A DNA stretch of 64,000 nucleotides, from the NCBI GenBank assembly GCA_963702095.1, contig OY969706.1:672001-736000 (forward strand), written 5' to 3'. Of this stretch, positions 1-9,603 are shown in pieces. The stretch's first letter is position 1. Every line of letters begins with the position of its first letter. Under the pieces are notes generated by a model. That model made no database searches. It was not told where the DNA came from and saw only the letters and a program-made list of their open reading frames with translations. A program made the position numbers and the translations under genes. The stretch is from Candidatus Bathyarchaeota archaeon. GTDB taxonomy: Archaea > Thermoproteota > Bathyarchaeia > Bathyarchaeales > Bathycorpusculaceae.

Positions 1-2544
1 CGCATGTCCATCATGGCACACTACGTCCGCGTATTGCCCTACAAGACTTTCCGTATGCACCTCTGTGTCTGTCCACCCTACAACGCAGACTTTGACGGCG
101 ACGAAATGAACCTCCACGTTCCACAGAGCGAGGAAGCCCGAACCGAATCGCTGCTGCTCATGCAGGTGCAAGACCAAATCCTCTCACCTAGATTCGGCGG
201 ACCCATCATCGGTGCCATCAGAGACTTCATCACAAGCGCCTACTATTTTACCAAGAGAGGCAGTTACCTTACCCGCGGCGAAGTCGACCGACTTTTAACA
301 AGCACCACCTACCAAGGTGACTTGCCCGAACCTGAAATCAAGGAACCCGAACCTAAATGGTCAGGCAAACAAATCTTCAGTTTATTCCTACCCAAAACAC
401 TCAACTACATCCTAAAAGCCAACATCTGCCAAGGCTGCAACAAATGTGAAGAAGAAGAATGCAAACACGACGCCTACGTAGTCGTCCGCAACGGACAATT
501 AGTTTCAGGCATCATTGACCGCCGCAGCATCGGCTCTGAACAATCCGAAAGCTTACTTCACAGAATCATCAAAGACTACGGCACACAAGCCGGACGTGAG
601 TTCCTCAACAACGTCACTCACCTGCTTAAACTCTACATCTCCCTGCGTGGCTTCAGCTACACCTATGACCAATTGGTCTTGTCGCCGAGAGCACGCAATC
701 GCATGGCAAAAACCATGGATCGCACACAGAAGAAAATCGAAGAACACATCGTCAATTTCAACAACGGCACACTCCCGCGACTCCCAGGTCAAACACTCGA
801 GGAATCATTCGAAATCTATGTTATGCATGAACTTTCAATAGCCAGAGACGAATCAGGCAAGATAGCAGACGACGACTTCACTCTCGAAAACGCGGGCATC
901 GTTATGACCCGTACAGGCGCAAGGGGCTCAAGCCTCAACATCGGCCAAATGGCAGCTTGCGTTGGTCAACAGTCAGTTCGAGGCAAACGTATCCTTAGAG
1001 GCTATGCAGGGCGTGCATTACCCCATTTCAAACCCAATGATCCACTGCCAAAGGCAAGAGGCTTCGTTTACAACAGCTACCAAACAGGCTTAGACGCAAT
1101 TGAGTTCTTCTTCCACGCTATGGGTGGCAGAGAAGGATTAGTCGACACAGCCGTCCGCACCCAGCAAAGCGGTTACATGCAGCGCAGACTCATCAACGCA
1201 TTAGAACACATTCGCCTAGAATACGACAGCACAGTCCGCGACAGCGCAGGCGACATCATCCAGTTCCGCTATGGCGAAGACGGCGTGGACCCAGCAAAAA
1301 GCGACCACGGCAAAGCCGTAAACGTCAGCCGACTCATCGACCAAGTTAGACTTGGCGAAGAAAAAGGCGAAACCGCCTCAACCGAATACATAAAGAAGCA
1401 ACTTAAAAAAGTCGAAGACCAAATTACCCCAATACTGCTAAATCAGCTTAAACAGAACTTCACCAAACACAAGCTTACAGAAAAAGGCGTTGAAAAAGCC
1501 GTATCCGTCACAGCCCAGCAGTACAAACGTGCTTTAATGGAGCCAGGCGAAGCAGTCGGCATCGTCGCAGCTCAATCAATCGGTGAACCCGGCACACAGA
1601 TGACTCTTAGAACCTTCCACTATGCAGGTGTCAAAGAGCAAAACGTCACCTTAGGGTTGCCTCGACTCATCGAAATTGTGGATGCACGCAGAATCCCCTC
1701 GACCCCAATCATGACAATCTTCTTAATGGGCGACCATGCAAAAAGCAGAGAAGGCGCCGTAGAAGTCGCACGTAATATCATCTACACCTCAGTCTTGGAC
1801 TTAGCATCATCAATCTATGAGGATCCAGTGCGCGAAGAAATAATCATCGAACTCAACAAGCAGATGATGGACGACCGCAACATCACCATGGACGAGATTA
1901 AAGCGAAAATGGAACTCCAAAACGCCACTGTAACAGTCACCGACACAACAGTCGAAATCAAACCCAAGAAAGCTGAACAAATAAAACGCATGCTCACCAA
2001 AGTGCCTGGATACCAAGTTAAAGGTGTCCCAGACATCAAACGTGTACTGGTTACAGAGGAAAGCGGCGAATGGGTTATCCGCACCGACGGCTCAAACCTC
2101 AGTAAAGTCCTCGAAGTTGAAGGCGTAGACACTTCACGCACAACCACCAACAACATCCACGAAATCGCCAAAACCCTCGGTGTCGAAGCAAGTCGCAACG
2201 CACTCGTCCACGAAGCAAAGGGCGTCCTCGAAGACCAAGGACTCGACGTTGATGTCCGCCACGTTATGCTCGTAGCAGACATGATGACCACCACAGGCGA
2301 TGTCCAACAGATCGGTCGGCACGGTATCAGTGGCAAGAAAGCCAGTGTGCTGGCGCGCGCCGCATTCGAAATCACCGTTCCCAACATTGTTGAAGCAGCC
2401 GTGAAAGGTGAAAGTGATCCTCTGGCTGGAGTGACAGAAAACGTTATAGTTGGGCAATCTATACCAATCGGCACAGGCTTAGTTGAATTGTACATGTCAA
2501 CTTTCGAACGTCAAAGTAAAGATGGAGGTAAAACCGAAGCATGA
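1..2544 (+). CDS. rpoA1: DNA-directed RNA polymerase largest subunit, A' and A'' fused in one ORF (5'-truncated by the window)
   Basis: Catalytic YNADFDGDEMN motif and bridge helix GREGLVDTAVRT (A' part) continue in frame into AQSIGEPGTQMTLRTFHYAG and ENVIVGQ..PIGTG (A'' part). Confidence 0.97.
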   Translation, partial: RMSIMAHYVRVLPYKTFRMHLCVCPPYNADFDGDEMNLHVPQSEEARTESLLLMQVQDQILSPRFGGPIIGAIRDFITSAYYFTKRGSYLTRGEVDRLLTSTTYQGDLPEPEIKEPEPKWSGKQIFSLFLPKTLNYILKANICQGCNKCEEEECKHDAYVVVRNGQLVSGIIDRRSIGSEQSESLLHRIIKDYGTQAGREFLNNVTHLLKLYISLRGFSYTYDQLVLSPRARNRMAKTMDRTQKKIEEHIVNFNNGTLPRLPGQTLEESFEIYVMHELSIARDESGKIADDDFTLENAGIVMTRTGARGSSLNIGQMAACVGQQSVRGKRILRGYAGRALPHFKPNDPLPKARGFVYNSYQTGLDAIEFFFHAMGGREGLVDTAVRTQQSGYMQRRLINALEHIRLEYDSTVRDSAGDIIQFRYGEDGVDPAKSDHGKAVNVSRLIDQVRLGEEKGETASTEYIKKQLKKVEDQITPILLNQLKQNFTKHKLTEKGVEKAVSVTAQQYKRALMEPGEAVGIVAAQSIGEPGTQMTLRTFHYAGVKEQNVTLGLPRLIEIVDARRIPSTPIMTIFLMGDHAKSREGAVEVARNIIYTSVLDLASSIYEDPVREEIIIELNKQMMDDRNITMDEIKAKMELQNATVTVTDTTVEIKPKKAEQIKRMLTKVPGYQVKGVPDIKRVLVTEESGEWVIRTDGSNLSKVLEVEGVDTSRTTTNNIHEIAKTLGVEASRNALVHEAKGVLEDQGLDVDVRHVMLVADMMTTTGDVQQIGRHGISGKKASVLARAAFEITVPNIVEAAVKGESDPLAGVTENVIVGQSIPIGTGLVELYMSTFERQSKDGGKTEA

Positions 2545-2843
2545 TAGACATAGATAAAGCGTTAGCGTCAGTAGTGAAAACCGGTAAGGTATCCTTTGGA
2601 TCCAATACTGCATTGCAGAACGCCAAAACAGGGAAGGCTAAAATGATTGTTTTAGCCGCAAACTGTCCACAAGACATAAAAGAACAAATTGAATACTATG
2701 GAGAACTCTCTAAAGTTCCCGTTATAACCTACAAAGGTGGCTCGATGGATCTCGCCGAAGTCTGCAGCAAACTCTTCATTATCTCTGCAATGAGCATCCG
2801 CGAAACTGGGGACTCCGATATTCTCAAATTAGTTGAATCATAA
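2541..2843 (+). CDS. rpl30e: 50S ribosomal protein L30e
   Basis: KTGKVSFGS...KAKMIVLAANCP...GDSDIL; canonical position after rpoA; ATGA-type overlap. Confidence 0.95.
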   Translation: MIDIDKALASVVKTGKVSFGSNTALQNAKTGKAKMIVLAANCPQDIKEQIEYYGELSKVPVITYKGGSMDLAEVCSKLFIISAMSIRETGDSDILKLVES

Positions 2844-2852
2844 AAAAAATAA

Positions 2853-3308
2853 ATGGAGGAAAAAAAGAAACTGACCACTGGCATAAAAATTACCTGCGAC
2901 GAAATGCGATACATAGCTCTATTTGAAAGCATCAGCGGCGCCAGCGTAAAAGACTGCATCGTAGACGAGGTTGAGCAACGAGCAATATTCATCGTCAACC
3001 AAGGCCAAGTCGGCGTAGCAATCGGCAAAGGCGGACGCAACATCCACACCCTTGAACGCATGACCGGCAAGAAACACGAAATCATCGAGTACAGCGAAGA
3101 CCCAGTCACTTTCATGAAAAACGCCTTGAAACCCGCAGCAGTTAGAGAAATCCGTGTCACCGAACGCACCGACGGCAAAAAGATGGCAGTCATCACAATT
3201 AACCCTAAAGATAAGGGCGTCGCAATAGGTAAGAACGGCAAGAACGCCGAACGTTTGCGCTTTTTGGCAAAACGGTACTTTGACATTCAGAACGTAAGCA
3301 TCACCTAA
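2853..3308 (+). CDS. nusA: Archaeal NusA-like transcription factor (two KH domains)
   Basis: Two GxxG KH loops (AIGKGGRNI, AIGKNGKNA); canonical position after rpl30e. Confidence 0.95.
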   Translation: MEEKKKLTTGIKITCDEMRYIALFESISGASVKDCIVDEVEQRAIFIVNQGQVGVAIGKGGRNIHTLERMTGKKHEIIEYSEDPVTFMKNALKPAAVREIRVTERTDGKKMAVITINPKDKGVAIGKNGKNAERLRFLAKRYFDIQNVSIT

Positions 3309-3500
3309 GCTCAGTTCGCAGCGTCGGCTGGCTAGGTGACGAATCGTTGCTGATTCATGTTATTGTTAAATAAGCAGATTCCCACCCTAGAGTTCTTCCT
3401 AAACAGTTTAGTCCAGAAACCTTGACTAAGCTTTGTCAAGGAATCTGAACAAATAATCTTTTATTGCAAATTAAAAAGGAAGTGCTAGTGGTGAAAGCAC

Positions 3501-5036
3501 ATGAAAAAAATTGGTGTCTTTACAGTTCTAGCGTTGCTGACTTTGCTCTTGTTGTGTTTTTTTACTTCCTCGGTTAGTTCAGGTTCAAACGAAAACTCTG
3601 CCGCATCCAGAGATAATTGGTCAACCTACCGCCATGACCCTTCAGGCTCCGGATTCTCCACCTCACCTGCCGCCAACTGCAGCCTACTTTGGCGATTCTT
3701 CACCGGCGCATCCCTCACAGTGCCTTCCCTGACTGACCGTTTACGTGCAACCCCCACCGTCGCCGACGGCGTCCTCTACATGGGCACCAACAACAGCTGC
3801 TTCTATGCTCTCAACGCATCCACTGGACTCCCTCTCTGGCAAGTCAACACGGATAGCGTTATCATATCTTCAGCTGCAGTTTCAAAAGGAGTGGTGTATA
3901 TTGGATTTTTATGGGATGGGCATAAGGGCTACATTGATGCCTATAACACTACTGATGGCTTCTTAGTTTGGCGGTTCGCTGTTAGTGGTGGCGTCGAATC
4001 TTCGCCTACTGTAGTTGACGGCGTTGTTTACGTTGGGTCAGAATGCGGCGTCTACGCGTTAAACGCCACTAACGGCGCTTTACTGTGGACTTGTCCTACG
4101 GCTCAATCGGCACTTTCTTCTCCAGCCGTTGCCAACGGCACCGTTTACATCGGTTCAATGACAGGTAACGTCTACGCCTTAAACGCAGCCAACGGCAAAA
4201 TTATTTGGGTGTTTCAAGCCCCAACTTCTGTCTACGCTTCCCCCGCAGTCGTCAATGGCACAGTCTACATTAACTCCGATGACGGCATACTCTATGCTCT
4301 GCGGGCAAGTGATGGCTCAAAAATTTGGCAAGCCCCCTTCGGCTCAGGCACAGACCACGCTGACGATTCCCCCGCAGTCGCATACGGCATCGTCTATGTG
4401 GGTACACGCAACGGCTACTACGCTTTCAACGCCACCGACGGCCGCCAAATCTGGTTCTTCACTTCACCCTACTCCAATCGGTACCTCACTGGCTTCATGT
4501 ATTCTTCACCGGCAGTCGCAGGCAACCTCGTATACTTTGGGTTCATCGACAGCTATGTGTTCGCTTTAGACGCGTTTAACGGCTCTGTAGTGTGGGCTTA
4601 CCGCACAGGCGGATTTCTGTTTTCTTCACCCACAATAGTTGACGGCACCCTCTACATTGGATCCTACGACGGCTACATCTACGCTTTAGGCGGTTCCACC
4701 GCTTCTTACCCGCCAATGCCATCGCCTACGCCTCAACCCACAGCAACTCCAACACCTACACCAACTCCTATACCCGAGCCTACCTCGGCGTCTTCCACGG
4801 CGGTCGCAGCCACGCCCACATCAACACCCCAACCCTCGGCGACGCCTTACCCCAACCCTGACCCCACAGTGGACCAAGTCGCATCTGATAACTCGATAGT
4901 TTACCCCCCAATAAACCCACAAACCACTAAGCCAACTGAAGATGAATCCATAAACTGGGTAATATTAGCAGCCATAGCTATCGTGGCAGCCATAACGATT
5001 GTGACAATGTTTCGTGTTTTTAAGATTCAGCCTTAA
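3501..5036 (+). CDS. Secreted, C-terminally anchored PQQ-like (BamB-type) beta-propeller repeat protein with Pro/Thr linker
   Basis: Signal peptide; about 8 repeats of SSPAVxxGxVYxGxxxGxxYALxAxxGxxxW; PT-rich linker; C-terminal TM helix. Confidence 0.9.
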   Translation: MKKIGVFTVLALLTLLLLCFFTSSVSSGSNENSAASRDNWSTYRHDPSGSGFSTSPAANCSLLWRFFTGASLTVPSLTDRLRATPTVADGVLYMGTNNSCFYALNASTGLPLWQVNTDSVIISSAAVSKGVVYIGFLWDGHKGYIDAYNTTDGFLVWRFAVSGGVESSPTVVDGVVYVGSECGVYALNATNGALLWTCPTAQSALSSPAVANGTVYIGSMTGNVYALNAANGKIIWVFQAPTSVYASPAVVNGTVYINSDDGILYALRASDGSKIWQAPFGSGTDHADDSPAVAYGIVYVGTRNGYYAFNATDGRQIWFFTSPYSNRYLTGFMYSSPAVAGNLVYFGFIDSYVFALDAFNGSVVWAYRTGGFLFSSPTIVDGTLYIGSYDGYIYALGGSTASYPPMPSPTPQPTATPTPTPTPIPEPTSASSTAVAATPTSTPQPSATPYPNPDPTVDQVASDNSIVYPPINPQTTKPTEDESINWVILAAIAIVAAITIVTMFRVFKIQP

Positions 5037-5044
5037 GGCTTCCA

Positions 5045-5057
5045 TTTTCCTTTTTTT
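5045..5057 (+). terminator. Oligo-T tract, probable archaeal terminator
   Basis: TTTTCCTTTTTTT directly after the stop of 3501..5036, in the gap between convergent genes. Confidence 0.4.
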
Positions 5058-5082
5058 AAGGTATTCAATTCAGTAAAGGCAA

Positions 5083-5313
5083 CTAGACTTTCTTTTTTGG
5101 GCTCTCATGCACCGTCTCGATGTGTAGGGTTAATTCTTCTTTGGAGTTGAAGACTTTGCCGCAGACTTGGCAGGTAAACTTAGTCGGGATTGGGTTGCTA
5201 ATGGGCGGCGGAGAGGGAGGCGTTGGGGGTTCAGGAGGCGGCATAGGAGGAGGAGCAACCGGGGCTTCTGCGGGGTTAGGCTGTTTAGGGTAGGGGTAAT
5301 CTGGTTCAGTCAA
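5083..5313 (-). CDS. Small proline-rich protein with one C2H2 zinc finger
   Basis: FTCQVCGKVFNSKEELTLHIETVH matches F-x-CxxC-x3-F-x5-L-x2-H-x4-H; poly-Pro N-terminus. Confidence 0.8.
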   Translation of the reverse strand: MTEPDYPYPKQPNPAEAPVAPPPMPPPEPPTPPSPPPISNPIPTKFTCQVCGKVFNSKEELTLHIETVHESPKKKV

Positions 5314-5637
5314 TTAGTTTCACTATTGAAATGGGTGGTTTTCTGGTTTTGATAAGCATTTGTGGGTGCACCATGGCTGTAACAGATGCCTTTTCGGTAC
5401 TCCTGCGCTTTACAGAAGGGAGAGCGTACTGCTTGTAGAAAAAGCCTCAACCAGCCTGCAATCCATAGCTGATGCAGATGCCAAAAAGAGCAATTCTGCC
5501 AGGCCCGCAAGAAGATGATGAGTATGGGCAACTCTCTCTTCTTCTTAAACTAGAAAAAATTTGACTTGCCTTGATTCTACATTAATGGTGTTTAAAAGGT
5601 GCGCCTCTGCATCGGCAACAAAACGACCCCTTGTAAA

Positions 5638-5886
5638 TCAGGTTTGTCTGGATTCATAAACTATAATCGAGTCAACTTTAATCTGCATCATCAAGTCGTG
5701 GCCTTCAACGATTTTCCGTATTCCACCGATGTCTTCTTTGGAAAAGTTTGCTTTTATGTTTATATGGTATCCTTCGTAGTGGGGGAAGATTGCTTTTTTG
5801 GGGTTCAAAGTTATTGTAGTGCCTTCTAAACCGGGGCATTTATCTGCGATTTCACGGATTAGGATGGCTGCTTCAGCGAATTTCAT
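5638..5886 (-). CDS. Hypothetical protein (about 82 aa)
   Basis: ATG at 5886 (MKFAEAAILIREIADKCP...); protein-like composition; no recognised family. Confidence 0.55.
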   Translation of the reverse strand: MKFAEAAILIREIADKCPGLEGTTITLNPKKAIFPHYEGYHINIKANFSKEDIGGIRKIVEGHDLMMQIKVDSIIVYESRQT

Positions 5887-6095
5887 AGCGTAAACACATA
5901 GCTTTGCCAATAAAAAACGTTTTAGTGAAAAAACCTATTTCGCTCCAAGAAGAAGCCTGTTTATTTGCTGCTTCTGCCCCTGTTTAAAATGATTCAATCC
6001 TCACTTGGCGCTGGTAAAAAAGACACAAAACTGTCAAATCCTTTTAATAAGACTCTTTCCCCATAGTTTGACTCTCCAAAAAGAGAAGAAACCCA

Positions 6096-8012
6096 ATGCT
6101 GATTCAGGAACTTATCGTTGAAAACTTTATGAGTTACGAGTACGCCCGCATACCCTTCAAAGGCGGCGTTAACGTAATCGGGGGTCCAAACGGTGCCGGC
6201 AAATCCTCGTTGCTGCTGGCCATCAGCGTGGGGCTGGGGCAAACCAGCACAGAACGCAGTCGAAAACTCAGCGATTTGATCCGCTGGGGACAAAACCAAG
6301 CCCGCGTCACACTTATCCTCGACAACAGCCGACAAGGCAACAGGCGCCCCGAACCAAAATACCAAAAAGACCAGCTTTTCCTAACCCGCGTCTTGCGCCG
6401 AGACGGCAAATACTTTTTTGAACTTGAAAACCGAGTCGCCAGCAAACAGGATGTGGAGCGACTGCTGGGCAAATTCGGCGTTGACCCCGACAACATGCTC
6501 ATCATTATGCACCAGAACATGGTGGAGCAATTCAGCGTCTTAAGCAACCTCGATAAGCTCCGTATGGTAGAGGAAGCCGTGGGGCTCGAACCGTTCCGCA
6601 ACAATGTTGTGCAAGCCAAAACCAAACTCACCCGCATCCTTACCCAAGAAGAATCCGTGGGCAAACTCCTCGAACAAGCCCAGCAGACCCTTAACTATTG
6701 GCGGGAACAATACGAAAAGTTCCAAGAGAAAAAGCAGCTGCAGCTCAAACGTCAATTCTTAAACCGTGAGTTGGCTTGGGCGGAAGTTGAACGTCGAGAA
6801 GGCATCGTCAAAGCGTTGCAAGGCAACTTTAACCGCAACCAGCAGGCAATCGGCAAAATTGAAGACGAACGCCAAGCCATACTGGGCGAGTTGGATGGGC
6901 AACAAACCAAGCAGCAGACGCTTAAGCGCGAAGTTAAAGCCGTCTACGACGAACGCATCGAACTGGAGCGGAAAATCGCCCAAAACCAAGCCACCCTCAC
7001 ACTTATAGAGCAACTGCTGGCTGAAGCAGAAATCCTCGAATCCCTCCCAACCAAAAAACAGTTCCGGCTACTACGTGCCGAGAGCCTCAAAGAAATGCTC
7101 GATGTTTCGCAGCAGCAATTAAAGAAAGCGACCGGGCAAATCGGCGCCACCCAAAACAAACTGGGCAAGCTAGAAGAATCAACCGACAAAATCTCCACGC
7201 AGGCACTGGATAGGCGGGTTGCGCTTGCGCTGTTGGATTTTAAACGTGACCGCGCCGCTAAAGAGCAGGAATCCATCGAGAAACAGCTCAAAGAAGCCCA
7301 AGCGAGCCTAAACGCAGCCGCCGCCAAAGCAGCGGAGTCAGGTGAACGCATTGCGGTCCTTAAATCAGCAGGCGAAATCCAAGAAGAGATGGGTTTAACT
7401 GATGGTCACTTAGCCGCGTTGGCAAGCGTTTCTGAGGAGATTGAGCGGCAATACGAATCCTACTCAAAACTCTACCTTGAACTCAAAGAAAAAGCCCAGT
7501 TGGTCGCTGAGAACCGCGAGAAAACTCTCGAGGAAGTCAAAACTCGCCTGCAGGCTTGGCGCACTGTCATGGAGCAACTGCTGGGCCGCGTTAACACCGA
7601 GTACCAGCGCATTATGGGGCAGACCTTGGCGACTGGCGAGGTGTTGCTTTCTAACCCGCAGGACATTGAGACGGCGGGGCTGGAAATCTATGTGGGTTTC
7701 AAAGGCAGTAAACCAGTCGCGTTGGATGCTTACACGCAGAGCGGGGGCGAAAGAACCACCGCAACCATGGGCTTCCTGTTGGCACTGCAGCAGCATGTGC
7801 GTTCACCGTTCCGTGCAGTCGACGAATACGACATTCACATGGACCCCAAAAACCGTGAAATGATCGCCAAAGTCCTCTTATCCCTGATTAAAGACGCCAC
7901 CGCCCAATACGTCGTCATCACGCCTAGCCAAATTACTTTTGCACAAAAAGACGCCAACGTTATAACCGTCCAGAACCTTGAAGGCAAATCAGTGGCACGT
8001 GAGGTAGCCTAA
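6096..8012 (+). CDS. Short SMC-family ATPase (Smc5/6-like, ClsN/Arcadin-4 type)
   Basis: LIVENFMSY; Walker A GPNGAGKSS; Q-loop IMHQN; long coiled coil; signature QSGGERT; Walker B/D-loop PFRAVDEYDIHMD; only 638 aa. Confidence 0.9.
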   Translation: MLIQELIVENFMSYEYARIPFKGGVNVIGGPNGAGKSSLLLAISVGLGQTSTERSRKLSDLIRWGQNQARVTLILDNSRQGNRRPEPKYQKDQLFLTRVLRRDGKYFFELENRVASKQDVERLLGKFGVDPDNMLIIMHQNMVEQFSVLSNLDKLRMVEEAVGLEPFRNNVVQAKTKLTRILTQEESVGKLLEQAQQTLNYWREQYEKFQEKKQLQLKRQFLNRELAWAEVERREGIVKALQGNFNRNQQAIGKIEDERQAILGELDGQQTKQQTLKREVKAVYDERIELERKIAQNQATLTLIEQLLAEAEILESLPTKKQFRLLRAESLKEMLDVSQQQLKKATGQIGATQNKLGKLEESTDKISTQALDRRVALALLDFKRDRAAKEQESIEKQLKEAQASLNAAAAKAAESGERIAVLKSAGEIQEEMGLTDGHLAALASVSEEIERQYESYSKLYLELKEKAQLVAENREKTLEEVKTRLQAWRTVMEQLLGRVNTEYQRIMGQTLATGEVLLSNPQDIETAGLEIYVGFKGSKPVALDAYTQSGGERTTATMGFLLALQQHVRSPFRAVDEYDIHMDPKNREMIAKVLLSLIKDATAQYVVITPSQITFAQKDANVITVQNLEGKSVAREVA

Positions 8013-8839
8013 TGCCAACAGAACAGCATGAGAAGAAACTGGGCAAAGAACGCCTCGAACGCATCATCGAAATGTGCGTCGCCATCGAAAACCACAGAGT
8101 GGACCCCTTCACCTTCAATGTGGACGAAATCATCGCTGTGGTGAAAGAGTATTTTCCCCATTGGGAACACCCTGACGAACTTAAACTCGACGCTGAAACC
8201 CTTCATCATCTCGCCACAGTCATTAAAATTCAGAGTGAATGGGTAAAACACCGCTCAACCAGCCTCTACACTGACCCGTTTCTGCTGGAGGAGAAGATTC
8301 GGCAAACAGGCAAACAGGGCATGGTTGAAGTGTTCGCCTCAGCGTGGACGCCTCTTGTGGAGTTTGAGCAGTTGAGCCTGCAGAGTTTGGCGCAGGGGAT
8401 GCTGTATTGGGAAGCACTGGCTCCATTGGGGGAGCGTTGGAAAGACATCGATGTATCTGCTGTTGAGATGGGGCAGGTGAGCCGCGACGAACTCGTTAAG
8501 CAGCGAGTGCTAGGCGACAAAGAATTCAGCGAAGAACTCGAAGCTTACTGGCAGGAACTCAAAGCCAGAGTCGCCGAAAAAAGCACCGAATGTAAAATAG
8601 CCTACTGGGACTTCATCGGCGCAGGCACCTACGAAGAAACCGTGCAACGCGCATACTTAACCAGTTTCTTGGTCACCTATGGCTACGCCACCCTTGAAAT
8701 CGACCGTTTAGAAGAAACCATCGTCATTATTCCCTACGACAAACCGCGGGAGCAACCATTGTCGGTGCAATCCACTTCGGTGCCTATCGCGGTTTCGGCG
8801 GAGGATTGGCAGAAATGGAAGGAAGGCAAACAACCATGA
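8012..8839 (+). CDS. Putative kleisin (ScpA/Nse4-like)
   Basis: TAATG overlap with the SMC stop; N-terminal VDPFTFNVDEII resembles ScpA; C-terminal YWDFI...ETVQRAYLTSFLVTYG resembles the kleisin winged helix. Confidence 0.7.
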   Translation: MPTEQHEKKLGKERLERIIEMCVAIENHRVDPFTFNVDEIIAVVKEYFPHWEHPDELKLDAETLHHLATVIKIQSEWVKHRSTSLYTDPFLLEEKIRQTGKQGMVEVFASAWTPLVEFEQLSLQSLAQGMLYWEALAPLGERWKDIDVSAVEMGQVSRDELVKQRVLGDKEFSEELEAYWQELKARVAEKSTECKIAYWDFIGAGTYEETVQRAYLTSFLVTYGYATLEIDRLEETIVIIPYDKPREQPLSVQSTSVPIAVSAEDWQKWKEGKQP

Positions 8840-9468
8840 GCACAAGAAAGAAAGGCGTCTACGCAGGCAAAGTCAAGAAAGCCACCCAGATGCTCTTCTA
8901 CAAACGCCATGCTAAACCGGGTGTGAAAGGCTGGGAACTCCACAAAGCCTTGGGCGCGGATTACCCCAAAGTGCTCGGTGTCTTGGACGATTACCTCAAA
9001 CCCATGGATCTGCAAGTCAAGACGGTTTTTGAGGAAGAAAAAACCCCCGAGAAACCAACCGTTGAAGAACTCGACAAAGCACGCTTCTTCATAGCCCTCC
9101 AAGACGTTGACACCAAAGACAAGTTGATGGGTTGGCGCATAGACGACTTAGCCGGCTTAGCCATAACTATCAGCTACATCATAAGTAAAAGAGGTCAAGC
9201 TGCAAGAAAAGACGTCGAGAAACTGCTCGGCGAAAAAATGCCCAACTGGAAAGTCGGTTTAAACCTCGACCGCTACATCCGCCACGGCTACCTCACACAA
9301 GACGAAGCGGGGCAACTGTTTCTGGACTGGCGCACACGCGCAGAAGTAGACCAGAAAAAACTCATCGACATGCTACTGAGCGCGGAAAAGCAGAAAGCAG
9401 AATCAGAGGAGCCAGTGGAGGAAGCGGTGGCTAAAGACGAGTCTTGGACAGAAGATGACCAAGAATAA
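8836..9468 (+). CDS. Putative kite subunit (tandem winged helix, Nse3/MAGE- or ScpB-like)
   Basis: ATGA overlap at 8836; GLAITISYIISKRGQAARKDVEKLL and YIRHGYL...LFLDWRTRAE resemble the second WH of MAGE/Nse3; acidic tail. Confidence 0.65.
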   Translation: MSTRKKGVYAGKVKKATQMLFYKRHAKPGVKGWELHKALGADYPKVLGVLDDYLKPMDLQVKTVFEEEKTPEKPTVEELDKARFFIALQDVDTKDKLMGWRIDDLAGLAITISYIISKRGQAARKDVEKLLGEKMPNWKVGLNLDRYIRHGYLTQDEAGQLFLDWRTRAEVDQKKLIDMLLSAEKQKAESEEPVEEAVAKDESWTEDDQE

Positions 9469-9603
9469 TCCCGTATTCTCATGTCACTACATAAAGAGAA
9501 AAAACCGAGATTGCATTTGTCAGGAGAAGGACGGCAAAGCAACAGAATTCGGCAAATTCTTATACCATAAAACCGCCATATCATCTTGCGGTCGGGTTAG
9601 GGT

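Noticed and set aside
420-475. Cys-rich stretch CQGCNKCEEEECKHD in RNA polymerase
   Set aside because: Similar metal-binding insertions are a known feature of archaeal A' subunits.
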